This document shows, one piece after another, positions 1 to 13,504 of a stretch of DNA of 64,000 nucleotides (the stretch's first letter is position 1; each line of letters opens with the position of its first letter). A program made the translations under genes and the position numbers. The notes under the pieces are model-generated. The model saw nothing but the letters and a program-made list of their open reading frames with translations. It was not told where the DNA came from and searched no databases. Source of the stretch: Squalus acanthias (Eukaryota); NCBI GenBank assembly GCA_030390025.1, contig CM059425.1, positions 164,674,001 through 164,738,000 of the forward strand. The letters run 5' to 3'.

Positions 1-689
1 TGACTAAACTGCTTTAAGTTAAATTCTGCGTGTAGTAAAGGTTTTGTAACACATCCCAACCATTTATTCTGTGATCTAAATGAAGGATGCAATAAAACAC
101 AATTAAGTAATAAGTTTTGCTGCAAACATTTCAACTAAAACTAGTAATTTCAACATAATCATTTTTCTACAATGAAACAAACAATGACAGCATTACAAGT
201 AATATTTCATATGATTGGAAAAAGAGCCCGTATTTTAGTCAACGACAGCTGCTGCAGTTTAGTTTGTCACTCCTTATTCAAAGTAATGGATTGTAAGTGC
301 AGATGAACATCGTGTTTGGTGGGAGGGCATTTTGTCTTGCACTATTGCAAAATCAGTGTACTTTTGTTTCATTTGTGTAACTCCCTGTAAAGGTCAGACG
401 GTGTTCCATAAAGCCATCTGCTCAAGTGTTTCTGATTTATGGGCCACTCCCTAGCTGTGCAAGCAGCTGTTGTGCTGGCGTGCTGACTCTCATCCCAGTG
501 TGTGTTTGGGGTATCCAGGTCTGTTTGTGTTTATGAATTGTAAGTCTTCACTGTAGTTTATCCAAAAAACATTTCAGTTCCATTTTTAAATTCAAATTCT
601 TTTAGCAGAATTTACCCTAAATGGAAAAACTTGAGTAGCAAATGTGTAGAATCCAGTAATATGTAATGCATATTGGGGTAGTGTTTTTT

Positions 690-1400
690 CCTTTCGTTTA
701 TGGGATGTGGGTGTCGCTGGCAAGGCCAGCATTTATTGCCCAACCCTAATTGCCCTTGAGAAGGTGATGGTGAGCCACCTTCTTGAACTGCTGCAGTCCA
801 TGTGGTGAAGATACTCCCACAGTGCTGTTAGGTAGGGAGTTCCAGGATTTTGACGACGAAGGATTGGCGATATACTTCTAAGTCAGGATGACATGTGACT
901 TGGAGGTGGTGGTGTTCCCATGCGCCTGCTGCCCTTGTCCTTCTAGGTGGAAGAGGTCGAGGGTTTGGGAGGTGCTGCCGAAGAAACCTTGGTGAGTTGC
1001 TGCAATGCATCTTGTAGATGGTACACACTGCAGACACGCCTTACTTGTGCCTTGTAAATGGTGGAAAGGCTTTGGGAGTCAGGAGGTGAGACACTCACCG
1101 CAGAATACCTAGCCTCTGACCTGCTCTTGTTGCCACAGTATTTATGTGGCTGGTCCAGTTAAGTTTCTGGTTAATGGTGACCCCTAGGATGTTGATAGTG
1201 GGGGATTCGGCGATAGTAATGCCATTGAATGGCAAGGGGAGGTGGTTAGACTCTCGCTTGTTGGAGATAGTCATTGCTTGGCACTTCTGTGACGCGAATG
1301 TTACCTGCCACTTATCAGCCCAAGCCTGAACGTCAGTCCAGGTCTTGTTGCATGCGGGCATGGACTGCTTCATTATCTGAGGAGTTGTGAATGGTGCTGA
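690..1400 (-). mobile_element. 3' fragment of a CR1-clade LINE (family B, tail shared with Deu-domain SINEs), internally deleted
   Basis: Minus ORFs with QAWADKWQVTF...LNWTSHINTVATRAGQRLGILR and YKMHCSNSPR. The 3' tail matches that of the 18748-20890 copy. Confidence 0.85.
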
Positions 1401-1519
1401 ATGGCACTGTTCCCTGTACTGTATACCTTGATGCAACATCCAGCCTGCTCAGCAAAGGACTGGCACTTGCACGGTTGAGATGTGAGAAGAGGGTCTTATT
1501 TGAAGCTGAGAGCAATATA

Positions 1520-1873
1520 CAGGAAACTCTTTATTAACCGGCACCGGCGTGGTGCCGGTTAATCAAAAAGTCCGGATAATGGAGAGTTATATCTCCCAAC
1601 ATACGAGAGCCCCGTACATATTGACATGCGCCTGCATTCAGAGCTCCGTCTCCCCAGGGACAGCCAGCTGACCATCTGTCGTGTCCGCTGCCTACCCGGG
1701 CTGCACATTCCCCTCCCAATCTACACGCTCCGATACAAGGCAAACGCCTCGGTTTTTTAAAAAAAAGTTAATTTTAAACGAGAGATGAAGGAAAACCCCG
1801 GTTACCTACTCAAGAATTTTGCCGGTTGAGAAATTTCCGGATATTTGGGTGCCGGTTAATAAAGAGTTTCCTG
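1520..1873. mobile_element. Non-autonomous Tc1/mariner (pogo/Tigger-like) MITE, 354 bp
   Basis: Perfect 26-bp TIRs CAGGAAACTCTTTATTAACCGGCACC (1520-1545 and 1848-1873), with TA on both sides (1518-1519, 1874-1875). Confidence 0.9.
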
Positions 1874-2050
1874 TAATATGGTAAAATGTTGTCCTTTTTT
1901 CTCTGATTTTTACCTTCTCATTTCCTCCCTCCCCCCTGGTGTATCATGCATTCCTATCTCTGTAACACTGGCACCCGATTGGCTCAAATTTTATATACAT
2001 TAAACAGCAACAACTGAAGAGGTAGGGAGCATACACATCTCATGTGAGCA

Positions 2051-3292
2051 TTTTGAGGATGTAACTGGTAAAATAGATAAGGGAGAACCAGTGGATGTGG
2101 TGTATTTGGACTTCCAAAGGGCTTTTGATAAGGTCCCGCATAAGAGATTAGCGTGTAAAGTTAAGGCACATGGGATTGGGGGCAAGGTATTGACTTGGAT
2201 AGAGAACTGGTTGGCAGACAGAAAGCAAAGAGTTGGAATAAACGGGTCTTTTTCCGAGTGGCAGGCAGTGACTAGTGGGGTACCGCAGGGATCGGTCCTT
2301 GGACCCCAGCTATTCACAATATATATTAATGATCTAGACAAGGGAACTAGATGTAATATCTCCAAGTTTGCAGACGACACAAAACTGGGTGGGCGTGTGT
2401 GCTGCGAGGAGGATGCTGAGAAACTCCAGGATGATTTGGACAGGTTGGGTGATTGGGCAGAAGCGTGGCAGATGCAATATAACGTGGATAAATGCGAGGT
2501 TATCCACTTTGGTGTCAAAAACAGAAAGGCAGACTAATATCTGACTGGCAATAGATTGGGAGAAGGGGAAGTGCAACGAGACCTGGGTGTCCTTGTGCAC
2601 CAGTCACTGAAGGTAAGCATGCAGGTGCAGCAGTCGGTTAAGAAGGCAAATGGTATGTTGGCCTTCATAGCGAGAGGGTTTGAGTACAGGAACAAGGATG
2701 TCTTGCTGCAGTTGTACAGGGCCTTGGTGAGACCACACCTTGAGTACTGTGTGCAGTTTTGGTCGCCTTATCTGAGGAAGGATGTTCTTGCCATGGAAGG
2801 AGTTCAGCGAAGATTCACAAGGCTGATACCTGGGATGGCAGGAATGACGTATGAAGAGAGATTGGGTCGATTGGGCTTATACTCGCTGGAGTTTAGAAGA
2901 ATGAGAGGGGATCTCATTGAAACTTATAAAATTCTGACAGGACAGAACAAACTAGATGCAGGAAGGATGTTCCCAATGGTCGGGGAGTCCAGAACCAGGG
3001 GTCACAGTCTAAGGATAAGGGGTAAGCCATTTAGGACAGAAATGAGGAGGAATTTCTTCACCCAGAGAGTGGTGAACCTGTGGAATTCTCTGCCACAGAA
3101 GGCAGTAGAGGCCAATTCATTAAATAGATTCAAGAAGGAGTTGGATATATTTCTTGAAGCTAAAGGGGTATGGGGAGAAAGCAGGGACAGGGTACTGAAT
3201 TTGGATGATCAGCCATGATCGCATTGAATGGCGGAGCAGGCTCGAGGGGCCGAATGGCCTACTCCTGCTCCTATCTTCTATGATTCTATGAT
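2051..3292 (+). mobile_element. CR1 (HER1-like) LINE, 5'-truncated, RT domain plus 3' UTR
   Basis: ORFs 2091-2537 and 2556-3218 share a frame separated by one stop. Motifs YLDFQRAFDKV, GVPQGSVLGP, KFADD, LVRPHLEYCVQFWSP. The tail ends in TTCTATGA repeats. Confidence 0.95.
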
Positions 3293-3569
3293 AGTGTCTG
3301 GTGAGCCTACCAGTGGAATACTACTGAGGATCTTTGGAAGCAATGAATCAAACATGAGCAAAACCTAACAGTAACAAAGAAGTGGAACCAATGAAGTTAC
3401 CCCAACATAGTCTTGAAAATTCTTTCAGTCACCATGTTTGTTTTCTCATTTATAATATGGAAACTTATGGTTTCAACTACAATAAACATTTTTTTTAAAT
3501 TGCCTATTTCCTGACCTGTTTTAAACTTGCCTATAATATTGGGGTTTTTTTGCCTTTGGCTTGCTCCAG

Positions 3570-3750
3570 CCTGAAGTTGTATCCTAACTCGCACCAAGTC
3601 CCGTTCACCCATCGCCCCTGTGCTCGCTGACCTGCATTGGCTCTTGGTCCAGAAACAGCTCGTTTTTTTTTTTAAATTCTCATCCTTGTTTTCAACTCCT
3701 CCCCCACCCCCCCCCCCCCCCCCATGGACTTGGCCCTCTCTATCTCTATG
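3570..3750 (+). mobile_element. L2 LINE fragment
   Basis: 'ctaactcgcaccaagtcccgttcacccatcgcccctgtgctcgctgacctgcattggctc' is homologous to the L2 3' region at 4897-4990. Confidence 0.6.
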
Positions 3751-4569
3751 TTGTGTTTGAGGTCATTTTGTCACCTTATGGCTTGGCCTATCATGCACAC
3801 GAGGCCACTGATAGTGGATACAGTATCAAAATGATTTTATTTGTAGTCTATTTTGGAATTTTCTTTTCTTTAGTATTTGAAATAGTTTTTAAAAATTTCT
3901 TTCCATGTGTGCATTTGCCGATTTGCCAATTGTTGGTTTCCTTTCTGCAGCTGATAATCATGTATGCACAGCCGCTGACTGCATAGGGTGTGTGCACACT
4001 GTCCTCTATTTATGGGTGGTTTGCACCATTTTTTTCCACCACTAGACGTTTTTATTTTTGTAAGTGGGTGAACAGTATTTTGTAGGTTGGTCTTCAACAA
4101 GCAGGTTTTTTTTAACGACGGACAAGATTGGCCATTTACAGAGCATGCCAGGACTTGGCGTTTAAGCCTTGCCCCTTTATCTCCAGCAATGGAGAAACAT
4201 GGACAGGACTCATGGCCAAGGAAACCATTTTTAGAAAGTGAATGTAATTTGATGTTTTTAATATAAAAATGTTGAAACAAGATGAACACACAACTTTCAT
4301 TGTTAACTTGGCTGAATTTTTTTTTTATAATAGCCATATTCAAACGTTATTCATTCAGTAAACACAGACTGTTCAACTAATTTGAAATTTTGCCATTGTT
4401 TTAATTTTATATTTTGTATTATGATCTAAACGCTTCTTTTACAGCTTACCAGCACCCAAAAACATAATTGTTTTTGGATTAATGTTGCTGTCAAAGGCAG
4501 CACTACACATGGAGGCAGGTATTAGAAGCAGATTTTTTTGGGTGTGCACTACCTTTGCCTTTTTCAACA

Positions 4570-5335
4570 AAATATTGGGAAGACTGAAGCCATTGTCTTC
4601 AGTCCCCGTCACAAACTCCGTTCCCTAGCTACCGACTCCATCCCTCTTCCTGGCAAATGTCTGAGGCTGAACCAGACTGTTCACGACATTGGTGTCGTAT
4701 TTGACCCCAAGATGAACTTCCAACCACTATGCCATCACTAAGACAGCCTATTTCGACCCCGTAACATCGTCTGACTCCGCCCATGCCTCAGCTCATCTGC
4801 TGTTGAAATCTAGACTATTCCAACACACTCAAGGCCGAGATCTCAACATCTGTCCTCCGTAAACTTGAGGTCATCCAAAACTCTGCTGCTCGTGTCCTAA
4901 CTCTCAACAAATCTAGTTCACCCATCACCCCTGTGCCCGCTAACCTACATTGGCTCCAGGTTAAGCAATGCCTCGATTTTTAAAATTCTCATCCCTCCAG
5001 TCTCCTCCAGCCCTTCAACCCTCCGATATCTGCATTCCTCCAATTCTGGCCTCTTGCTCATCCCTGTTTTTAATCGCTGCACCATTGGCAGCTGTGCCTT
5101 TAGCTGCTAAGGCCCTAAGCTCTGGAATTTCCTCCCTAAACCTCTCCACCTCTTTACCTCTTTCGCTCCTTTAAGGTGCTCCTTAAAACCTGCATCTTTG
5201 ACCAAGCTTTTGGTCATCTGGCCTAATATGTCCTTATTTGGCTCGTGTCAAATTTTGTTTGGTAACGCTCCTGTGAAGCACCTTGGATGTTTTACTATGC
5301 TAAAGGCGCTATATAAATACAAGTTGTTGTTTGGT
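4570..5335 (+). mobile_element. L2 LINE 3' fragment
   Basis: NIGKTEAIVF-type RT C-terminus and LHWL-like region. The 3' end aaaggcgctatataaatacaagttgttgt is typical of L2 tails. Confidence 0.8.
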
Positions 5336-5357
5336 GTCATTAGGAGTACATTGTTGC

Positions 5358-5495
5358 CAATGTTCTCCCTAATTTCTTTTGGGTGCGCGGTCCCTCTAAT
5401 GTGCTGCGTGGCCCATTCAAAATTTCGCACGTGTGTAAAATCTCCAGTTGAAAAGCCGTTAAGTAGCCTGTGCACGACCTCCAGCGGGAACATTG
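5358..5495. mobile_element. hAT-type MITE, 138 bp
   Basis: Termini CAATGTTC...GAACATTG with a perfect 8-bp direct repeat ATTGTTGC at 5350-5357 and 5496-5503. Confidence 0.85.
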
Positions 5496-5754
5496 ATTGT
5501 TGCCTTTCTGCTGTGCAAGTGACTCGGATGCCGTCTGGTGAAAAGAGGCGAAGTAAATACGCAATAAATTGATTATTTCATTCCTATTGTTGCTGGCTTC
5601 AATTTGATATAGCTTTGATTACATGTATTTATAAATCTGCTTTTCATTGATTTCTGCAGGACTTGCAATCTGTCTGCAATTTAATAAGCATGATACTTGT
5701 ACTCGTTGTCTCAAGTCCTTCAGCTTATGTGTGAGCAAATATTAATGCAAGTGT

Positions 5755-6130
5755 CTTAGCTTGGCCTCTGGGTCAGAAAGTTGTGGCTTCAACTCTCACT
5801 TCAGGAGTTGAGCACATAACCTAAGCTGAAACTCCAGTGTAGTACTGAGGGAGTGCTGCATTGTCAGAGGTTCCGTTCTTCAAAATGAGATTTTAAACCA
5901 CGACCTCAATTGCCCGTTCCAATGGTTTAGATTGATGTTAAACTCCATGCCATGATTTGAAGAAGAGCAAGGAGTTTTCCTGGTGTCTCTGATATTTCTC
6001 CCTCAATCAATATCTCCAAAACCAGATTAATTGCTCATTTATCATGTTGCTGTGATCAAAATGGCTGCCATGTTGCCTGCATAACCGCAGTCACTGCACT
6101 TTCAAATTATTTATTGTATATAAAGTGCTT
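5755..6130 (+). mobile_element. tRNA-derived Deu-domain-like SINE with L2-type tail, degenerate
   Basis: Contains ctccagtgtagtactgagggagtgctgcattgtcagagg, the reverse-complement homologue of the SINE at 17701-18143. Confidence 0.7.
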
Positions 6131-6240
6131 CTTTACACAGCGAGTGGTGAGAATGTGGAACTCTACCATGTGGTGTGGCTTAAGCAGATGGCATTGATGC
6201 ATTTAAGGGGAGGCTTGATGCATATGTGAGGGAGAAGGGG

Positions 6241-6278
<38 letters not shown>

Positions 6279-6390
6279 GGGCAAGGTGGGAAAGAGGTAA
6301 TTAGAGTGGGAGGAGGCTCCTGTGGATTATAAAAACTGGCATCGACCGGTTGGGCCGAGCAAACCCTTTCTTGGCTGTGTAACTCTGAGA
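6130..6390 (+). mobile_element. CR1 3' end fragment containing a (GA)n microsatellite (~6245-6275)
   Basis: FFTQRVVRMWN-like end (tttacacagcgagtggtgagaatgtggaactc) followed by a CR1-like 3' UTR. Confidence 0.7.
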
Positions 6391-9300
6391 TGTTTCTGAG
6401 AGATGCAATAAGACTCTGAGTTGGGTATGATTGAACTGCCTTGTGTCCAAATTGGTGCAGGCGCAGCAGCAAAATAAATGGACCCGAACACTGTCCATTC
6501 ACCTCTCATATATTGCATAGTAACTTCTTCTGTATATTCTTCAAATCAAATAGCTTTTATTTTGGACCTAAAATATCCGTATGCAAACCTTACATTTGAG
6601 GGGTGTTTTTTCCCTTCCTGCGGAGAGTGCCCCCCCACCGCGCCAACCCCAGCAGAAGTTAGGCAGTACGTGAACGCAGCTGAAATGGCCCTATCTTTCT
6701 GGATTTTGTTCATCAAAATACATTGGGTGAATGCCCGGTGGATAGAGTGCTCGCTCAAAGTAGTGAATGAAATTTCGGCCTGCTGTCAGCCCTGTTGCAT
6801 CCAATCATTTTTGTTTTTTAAGAAACAACTTGCCCAAGAATTTATTGGCTGCTGCTTTACAAATTCTCAGATCTGAAAGGGCAATGTCTTAACACACTTT
6901 TATGGTCATTCCTTTACCCAGGTATGGCTCCAGCATTCATCTAAAAAATATACCTTTTGAGACAAACAAATACTGTTTTTACAGTTAGTTTGGCTGGACT
7001 CCTGTTCTGGGGGCTACTGCATTCTTGCTGTTTCTGAGACTCGGGTGCTAAAAGATAACTTTCTGTCACTGCTTTGGCTCACAACAACTACCAGTGTAGT
7101 GTACCAGTGTAGTGTTGAATTGTGCAGGGGGTAAGGCAGCGGAGAGTCAATACACCAGTTGGGACTTGTAACTGTACACCGCATGACATTTCAAGCCAGG
7201 CTGGGGCTCAATCCTTCATCACTCTTGCCAGGTGTCGTTGTATCTATTTGTCTTCTATCTTGGGATGCCCGACAGGGCTATAGGAGTAAATATAGAGGCT
7301 GGTTCACAGCCAACCACAATACTTTAGTAGATGTGTTTTGGGGATGTGCTTCACTGCGATTTTATGAGGTAGGTAAAAGGAAAGAAAATGTTTTATTATT
7401 GCATAAAAGCTCAATGTTTTGGAATTAAATTAAGGATTTAGGATTTAACGGTTTAGATCTTCTAAGTGCCAACACTGAACTTTTAAAAAAAATGCTGGTG
7501 AAACCTTGGAATTCCAGCAGGGTTCATACAATGGAGTTGGCTCAACGTGATTTGTGTAGTTCATTAGAATATCAAACTCGGAGACATGAGTGTTTTGATC
7601 CACAGATCACAGGGTAGTGCCTTTTATTCCAATGAATACTCGTAAAGTGAGTCTCCCTTCAACCGTGCCTTAGGGAGAACATTCCAGAACAATGACCAGT
7701 GTCCTGGTGTGGGGATTTTTGGCCTTTTTATTTTACAGAGAAAGGACTTCAACATGAACTATGTTGAGATGTGTTTTTTTTTTAGCAAAAGCTTCACAAG
7801 ACTGGTGCCCAATGTTGAGCTGTGGATCAGTAGGTAGATGAATGGTGATTACAATGTAAGATGGAAAGTTCTCTAAGACACCCAAATAATGGATTATTGG
7901 TAAGCCATGTTTGGTTATTCAGAAAGCCTCCACATCTCTGGAGGCTATCGGAGAGGCTTTTAACAGTCCGAATAAAGACACCAGACCAGAAAGACAGGCA
8001 GCAGTGGAACCTCTAGCCTGATCAGGTAGATTTTGTGGTTTTGTGTTCAATCAAGAGCCTGAGTAGGCTAGCAGATGTGTGTTCTACTGTAATGGTGTCT
8101 GACAGAAGGTATTTGTTATTGGGCCATGTGTCTCAATATTCTGCGTTTTGCCTACTTGTGGAATAAAGCAGCTTCCAAATAGTCGAATGTTGTCTTGCCT
8201 AGTGTTAATCATAGAACAGATCACCCACCCTCTACTCCTGTGCTTCCTTCTGGCTGATTACTGAGTGGCATTTCCAGAGATCTGGTAGCAGGTCTTAGCT
8301 GGAATATAGCCCATGATGTGGAGAGATGGGTGGAAGTTAAAGAGAGAAATATCTAAAATAACAGCATAATTCTCTGTTAATTATGTCTTGTCTTCACTGC
8401 ATTATCGATGTGATGGTAAAGATAAGAGTGATTCAATAATTGAAATCTTACCTTTACAATGAAATCTTGAATGGAGAAGGGGATAATTTGATTGAGTGCA
8501 ACACTTTGCTGCCTCTGTATTTTCAACCTTTGTTAAGCAGCTTTGTCAAGATTTCTACAGAAGCCTTCCCAGGATGCTTTAGAGACTTCTCAAAGACAAA
8601 GAGAATGGGTAATATCTTTTGAGTAGATTCAGCTTGAAAACAAATACCCAGTTGATTCATAATGGTTGGTTTCTGCTTTTAACCTTAAATCTCCTTCCCC
8701 AATCCTGTGGAGTTTTTTAAGCTGACTAGCCTAATGGAATGTGTATGTGTGATGCATGTATGAGGGTATATGTGCTCACAGGCTCTATTGGATCAAATAT
8801 TTAAAATGTTTATAACATTTGTTTTTGTATGTGGACACTTTTATCTGTACTTTCAAAATTTACCAGTGCATTTTCTGAGTTCTCTCATGGTGCCAGGAAT
8901 ATGATTCATGGGCAGCCCATTGTACATGCAGTTTTGCCACCCAGCAACTGCTCTTTGCAGACTCGTAAAGTGAGTATAACCGTATAACCAGCCAGACATC
9001 CCCCTTTCAGACAGTACTTTTTTTAAAAAAAGGTGGCTGTGGCAACTACCCAAAATGCTATAAATAATTAATATCTGTTTTATTCAGACATTTAGAAAGG
9101 ACCCTCTATCACACCATATATAAAGTTACTTAAAATGCTGAGGGTTAACTCATCGCAGTGAATATAAGCCATGAGCAGTCAGCACCTACTTTCACACTAG
9201 CTAGACTAGCATTTTAGGAGGCAAGGGTCCCCTTTCCCACCTCCTCAGGAAACCTGTTATCATTTGGGTTCCTCCTTCAAGATGCTTAAGCAGCTTCTAG

Positions 9301-10959
9301 TATTTCACTTTACTTAGTTGCAGCTTGTAGGCAGAATGATAAGGAATCCCCTTCCAAGATTGTATTGTTAAACTATTGTTTGGGACTGTATGCCTTTCAG
9401 GATGATTAACTTGTTTAGATGAAACATGCGCACGCACGTGCAGCCTAATGTGGAAATCCTGAGGTTGCGGTCTGTCATTCACTGCTCCTCCACAGGCTGC
9501 GTCGGGGCCCTTCCAACCCCAACAGAGCCAGCAATCAGTGTAATCTGTCAAATCATGGAAGCTACCGAAAACTTCTGCTTTTCCGCAGTAATTACGCTAT
9601 TAAATACCCCATTAAAAGCTAGACACTTTTGGATTGCGTGTAACTGGGTTTTTAACAGTGTATTGACTGCAAAACAAAGGTTATGGCCCTGAAAAAATAA
9701 TTAAAATTTTGTGGAGTGTCAAATTTATCCATATTAATAAAAAATTTAAGAAACTTTAAAAAAAAAAAAGTTTGTTCTTTATTTCAGGTTTGCCTTTTCC
9801 CCATGAGCGAACCCTGATCTTTGTTTTGCTCTCTAACATTTTTAAAAAGTTAGAAAGAAAGAAGCTTACCAACTTCCTGGTTCGCTCTGAGAATTGTGTT
9901 TTAATTGGCTGCTTAGACAACTTGTTGACATCACAACAGCCCATTAACTTGTGTTGATTTCAGTTACGCGTCAGAAAACCCAAAATTCTCGCCACCGAAA
10001 TCGCGAGATCTTTGTGCAAAGATTACTTTGGGGCCAGCAGCGAGTGCCTTTGCTTCGCCACTGACTGCAAATTCCGGGCCATTATATATATAATTTGTAA
10101 ACTAGGGATCCTACAATTTTTTATTTGTTTTAAGGTGGTTTTTTTAAATGTCATGTTGATTTTGTCCATACAGGGTCAATTAACCATATCTTAGTTAATT
10201 GAGCCACTTTTTGAGCACTTGTTATGAATATTTTTGTTTAAAAATGAAACTTGGATGTTTGATGAGGAAATAGAAATATATCACATTGGTGCAACATGGC
10301 TGATGTTCTGAGGTTGAAGGTGATGTTTATACTGCTTCCTGTATGTATAGGATCCCTGATTCAGCAGACCACCAAATACTACAGCTCTGGGAGAATCCAT
10401 TTATTCTGCAGGCAATCCATAAAGCACTTCCATTCACACATGATCGTGCTGTATAAATTGGGCATAAGGCACCCTGTAGTCGGAGCTCCAGACAACATCT
10501 AACTAGAACTCCAGTATTTAACTAATGATTGGGTGCAAAGATAGAAATAATCATTATGTTGCGATCTCGTCCACACATCCAGAAACATACAGCCAAAGTT
10601 AACAAAATAATAATAGTGACAGCTAATTATAGTTTCTGTTTGTCATCAAAGAAGGAAATGCAAGCCTCAGTGTTGTCCATAACCCCATCAGTCTTGAGTG
10701 TATGTTCTTAAATTTGCAGATGGCTTCTTGCTCATTGTGCTTTAAATCTTGTCTAGTGTGCTTTAAATTTTGTCCAGTTTGTTCTAAAATGAGGAAGAAA
10801 AGTTATTTTGAGAAATAATCCACTGGTATTACTGTGGTCTTTGATTTCTGGTTTCATTTTTGCTCATGTTAATATTCTACGTGTGGGTGGAGGAGCTGGC
10901 TGTATTACCAGAAGGTTAGCAGCTCCAGCATTCAGGAAAAACATAAGTTGACTTTTCTT

Positions 10960-11900
10960 GCGCTCTCCCACCCTGGTTGTTTCTCCTCGTATGGCCTCCA
11001 TATTTGGCAAACAATTAGTTTTGCCATTCATCGCCAGATCTGGCTGGAGAACATTCAGGCACTACCGGGTGTTCTCTTCGCCAAACTGCTCACTACTCCA
11101 GAATCATCCTGGAATACAAAGGGTAACCCCTTTCACCCTGCCAACCATCTCTGTAAACCCCTCTCCACTGACCCTCCACCCTCCGCTCCCAAAACAAGTG
11201 CAATGAGCTCATGGACATCTTTGTCACTAATATTGAGAACATCTGGTCAACTGCCTCTGCTGCAATCATCCCTTCCATTTACCCACCTAGCCCTGAACCC
11301 GCATCTTTCTCTAGTTTCTCTCATCTTCCCCCATGCCCTCTCCGAACTTATTTTCTCCACCATCATCTCCGGAGTACCCCATGATCTATCCTTGGCCCCC
11401 TCCTATTCCTCATCTCTATGCAGCCTGTCGGTGACGTCACATTCCACAGGTCCACTGACAACATGCTTCTCCACCATCTCTCTTGATCCTTCTACTGTTC
11501 TTTGTTGTCTGACTGCTTGTCCAATATCCAATCCTGGATGAGCTGAAATTTCCTCCAATTAAACATTGGGAAGGCCAAAGCCATTTTCTTTCCTCCTCCC
11601 CACCCCTCAACTCTTCCCTCGCCACTGATACCATCCCTCTCTACCCAGCGACTGTCTCGGATTAAACTGTACTGTTCGCAGCCTTAGCATCCTATTTGAC
11701 CCCGAGCTGAGCTTCCGACCCCATATCCTCTCTCTCAAAGTCCACTTTTAAGACCCTCCTTAAAACCTACCTCTTCGACCAAGCTGTTAGTCATCCCTCC
11801 TAATATCTTCTCCTTTGACGGGATTTTTTTTTTGTTTATGCTTCCATGAAGCGCCTACATTTTCCTACATTAAGATGTTGTATAAATGCGAGTTGTTTTT
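10960..11900 (+). mobile_element. L2 LINE, heavily deleted mosaic of fragments
   Basis: C/T-rich L2-like sequence with a GVP-like remnant (ggagtaccccatg), ctccttaaaacctacctcttcgaccaagc and an L2 tail (tataaatgcgagttgtt). Confidence 0.7.
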
Positions 11901-11964
11901 GTTGTTTATTTCACAAGAAAATTTGCCAACTATGAGTTAGATCAGTCGTGCAACATGATACTGG

Positions 11965-12652
11965 TATTCAGAGGGATTTGGGAATCCTTGCACACGAATC
12001 ACAAAGTTAGCATGCAGGTACAGCACGCAATTAGGAAGGCAAATGGTATATTGGTCTTTATTGCCAGGGGGTTGGAGTACAAGAGTAAGGAAGTCTTGCT
12101 GTAATTATATAGTGCTTTGGTGAGACCACATCTGGAGTACTGTGTACAGTTTTGGATATACTTGTCTTAGAGGGGGTACTACAAAGGCTCACTAGATTGA
12201 TTCTTGCGATGAGAGGTTTGTCCTGTGAGGAGAGGTTGAGTAGATTGGGCTTATATTCTCTGAAGTTTAGAAGAATGAGAGGTGATCTCATTGAAATGTA
12301 TAAAATTCTTGGAGGGTTTGAGGGTAGATGCTGAGAGGTTGTTTCCCCTGGCTGGAGAGTCTAGACCTAGGGGTCACAGTCTCGGGATAAGGGGTCGGCC
12401 ATTTAGGACTGAGATGAGGAGAAATTTCTTCACTTGAGGGTTATGGATCATTGGAATTCTCTACCCCAGAGAGTTGTGGATGCTCAGTCATTGAGTATAT
12501 TTAAGATGGAGATTGATAGATTTTTGGGCAGTAAGGGACATTGGGGAATAGGGCGGGAAAGTAGAGTTGATGCAAATGTTCAGCCATGATCTTATTGAAT
12601 GGCGGTGCAGGCGCGAGGGTCCATATGGCCTCCTCCTTTTCTTATGTTCTTA
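11965..12652 (+). mobile_element. CR1 LINE 3' fragment
   Basis: KVSMQVQHAIRKANG, EERLSRLGLYSLKFRRMRGDLIE and a CR1 3' UTR ending ttcttatgttctt. Confidence 0.9.
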
Positions 12653-13504
12653 TAAGTTAGGTTTATATAACTAAGGTTTAAACATGTTGTAGCTTACATG
12701 CCTGGAGAAGTATTCTATAGACTATTTGTCTATCAAAATAAAATATAGTTGTCCTGGAGCTTTGTAGAGAGAGAGATGTGAATGCATTTTAATGATGCTG
12801 CAGCTTGATTCAATCAATGGGTGGATATTTGAAATATATGTATCTTTTTAAAAGTGCTGCAGAGCAATGTGAGCAAAACAGTTGTGACTTTTTTCTCTCC
12901 AATTTAGGGCATCAATTATTAATGTAGAATTACAGTTTTAAAAACATCTTTTGCTGAAAAGTTTCAAAAAGACTTGTCTGTTTTACTTTTTGAAAGCATA
13001 GTCATGAAGCTTGTTACTGGTCGAGGCAATTACGATCTGCCGCATTGGCAGATAAAAATGTTTGCGATCTCTACCTTACTTTGGAACATTTAAGAGCCTA
13101 GCCTGTAGTATTCCAGTGGCAAAGTCATACTGTGTAGGTATTGTAGTGGTCTAGAGTCCCTATCTGCAGTACAACTTGTTGTCCTTGCTTTTATTTATTT
13201 TGTGTGTAGAGATTAGATTTATGATTGAAGTAACTCCAGATAACTGTGATTTGAACGTCTGGGAAAGATGACTGGGGCCGTTTGAGGGGCATACAGAGCG
13301 TACCTGTTAATTTTTAACTGAGTAGCACACTTTTCTACAAATAGTGTGCCTTTATCTGTTTTTAAAGCGCATTAAAGTCACTTGGAATTGGCTAGTGATT
13401 AGGATAAGTACTGTTTATAAGCTTTTTAAAAATGGAGAATGCTTCAGCACATTAACGTACTAATGGATGGTGTGATGCAGATTTGATCACTACTTGGATT
13501 TCTT

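Noticed and set aside
7089..7114. 13-bp tandem duplication TACCAGTGTAGTG x2, and a similar ~17-bp imperfect one near 60939-60972
   Set aside because: Ordinary slippage duplications with only two units and no spacers, so not CRISPR-like.
7550..8170. Possible ancient LINE 3' end (QQWNL-like remnant followed by AATAAA)
   Set aside because: Too degenerate to support by eye.
9445..10022. MITE-like fragments (also ~6560-6780, ~44240-44880, ~49580-50260) with single GGCC-type ends
   Set aside because: Matching paired TIRs or TSDs could not be established.
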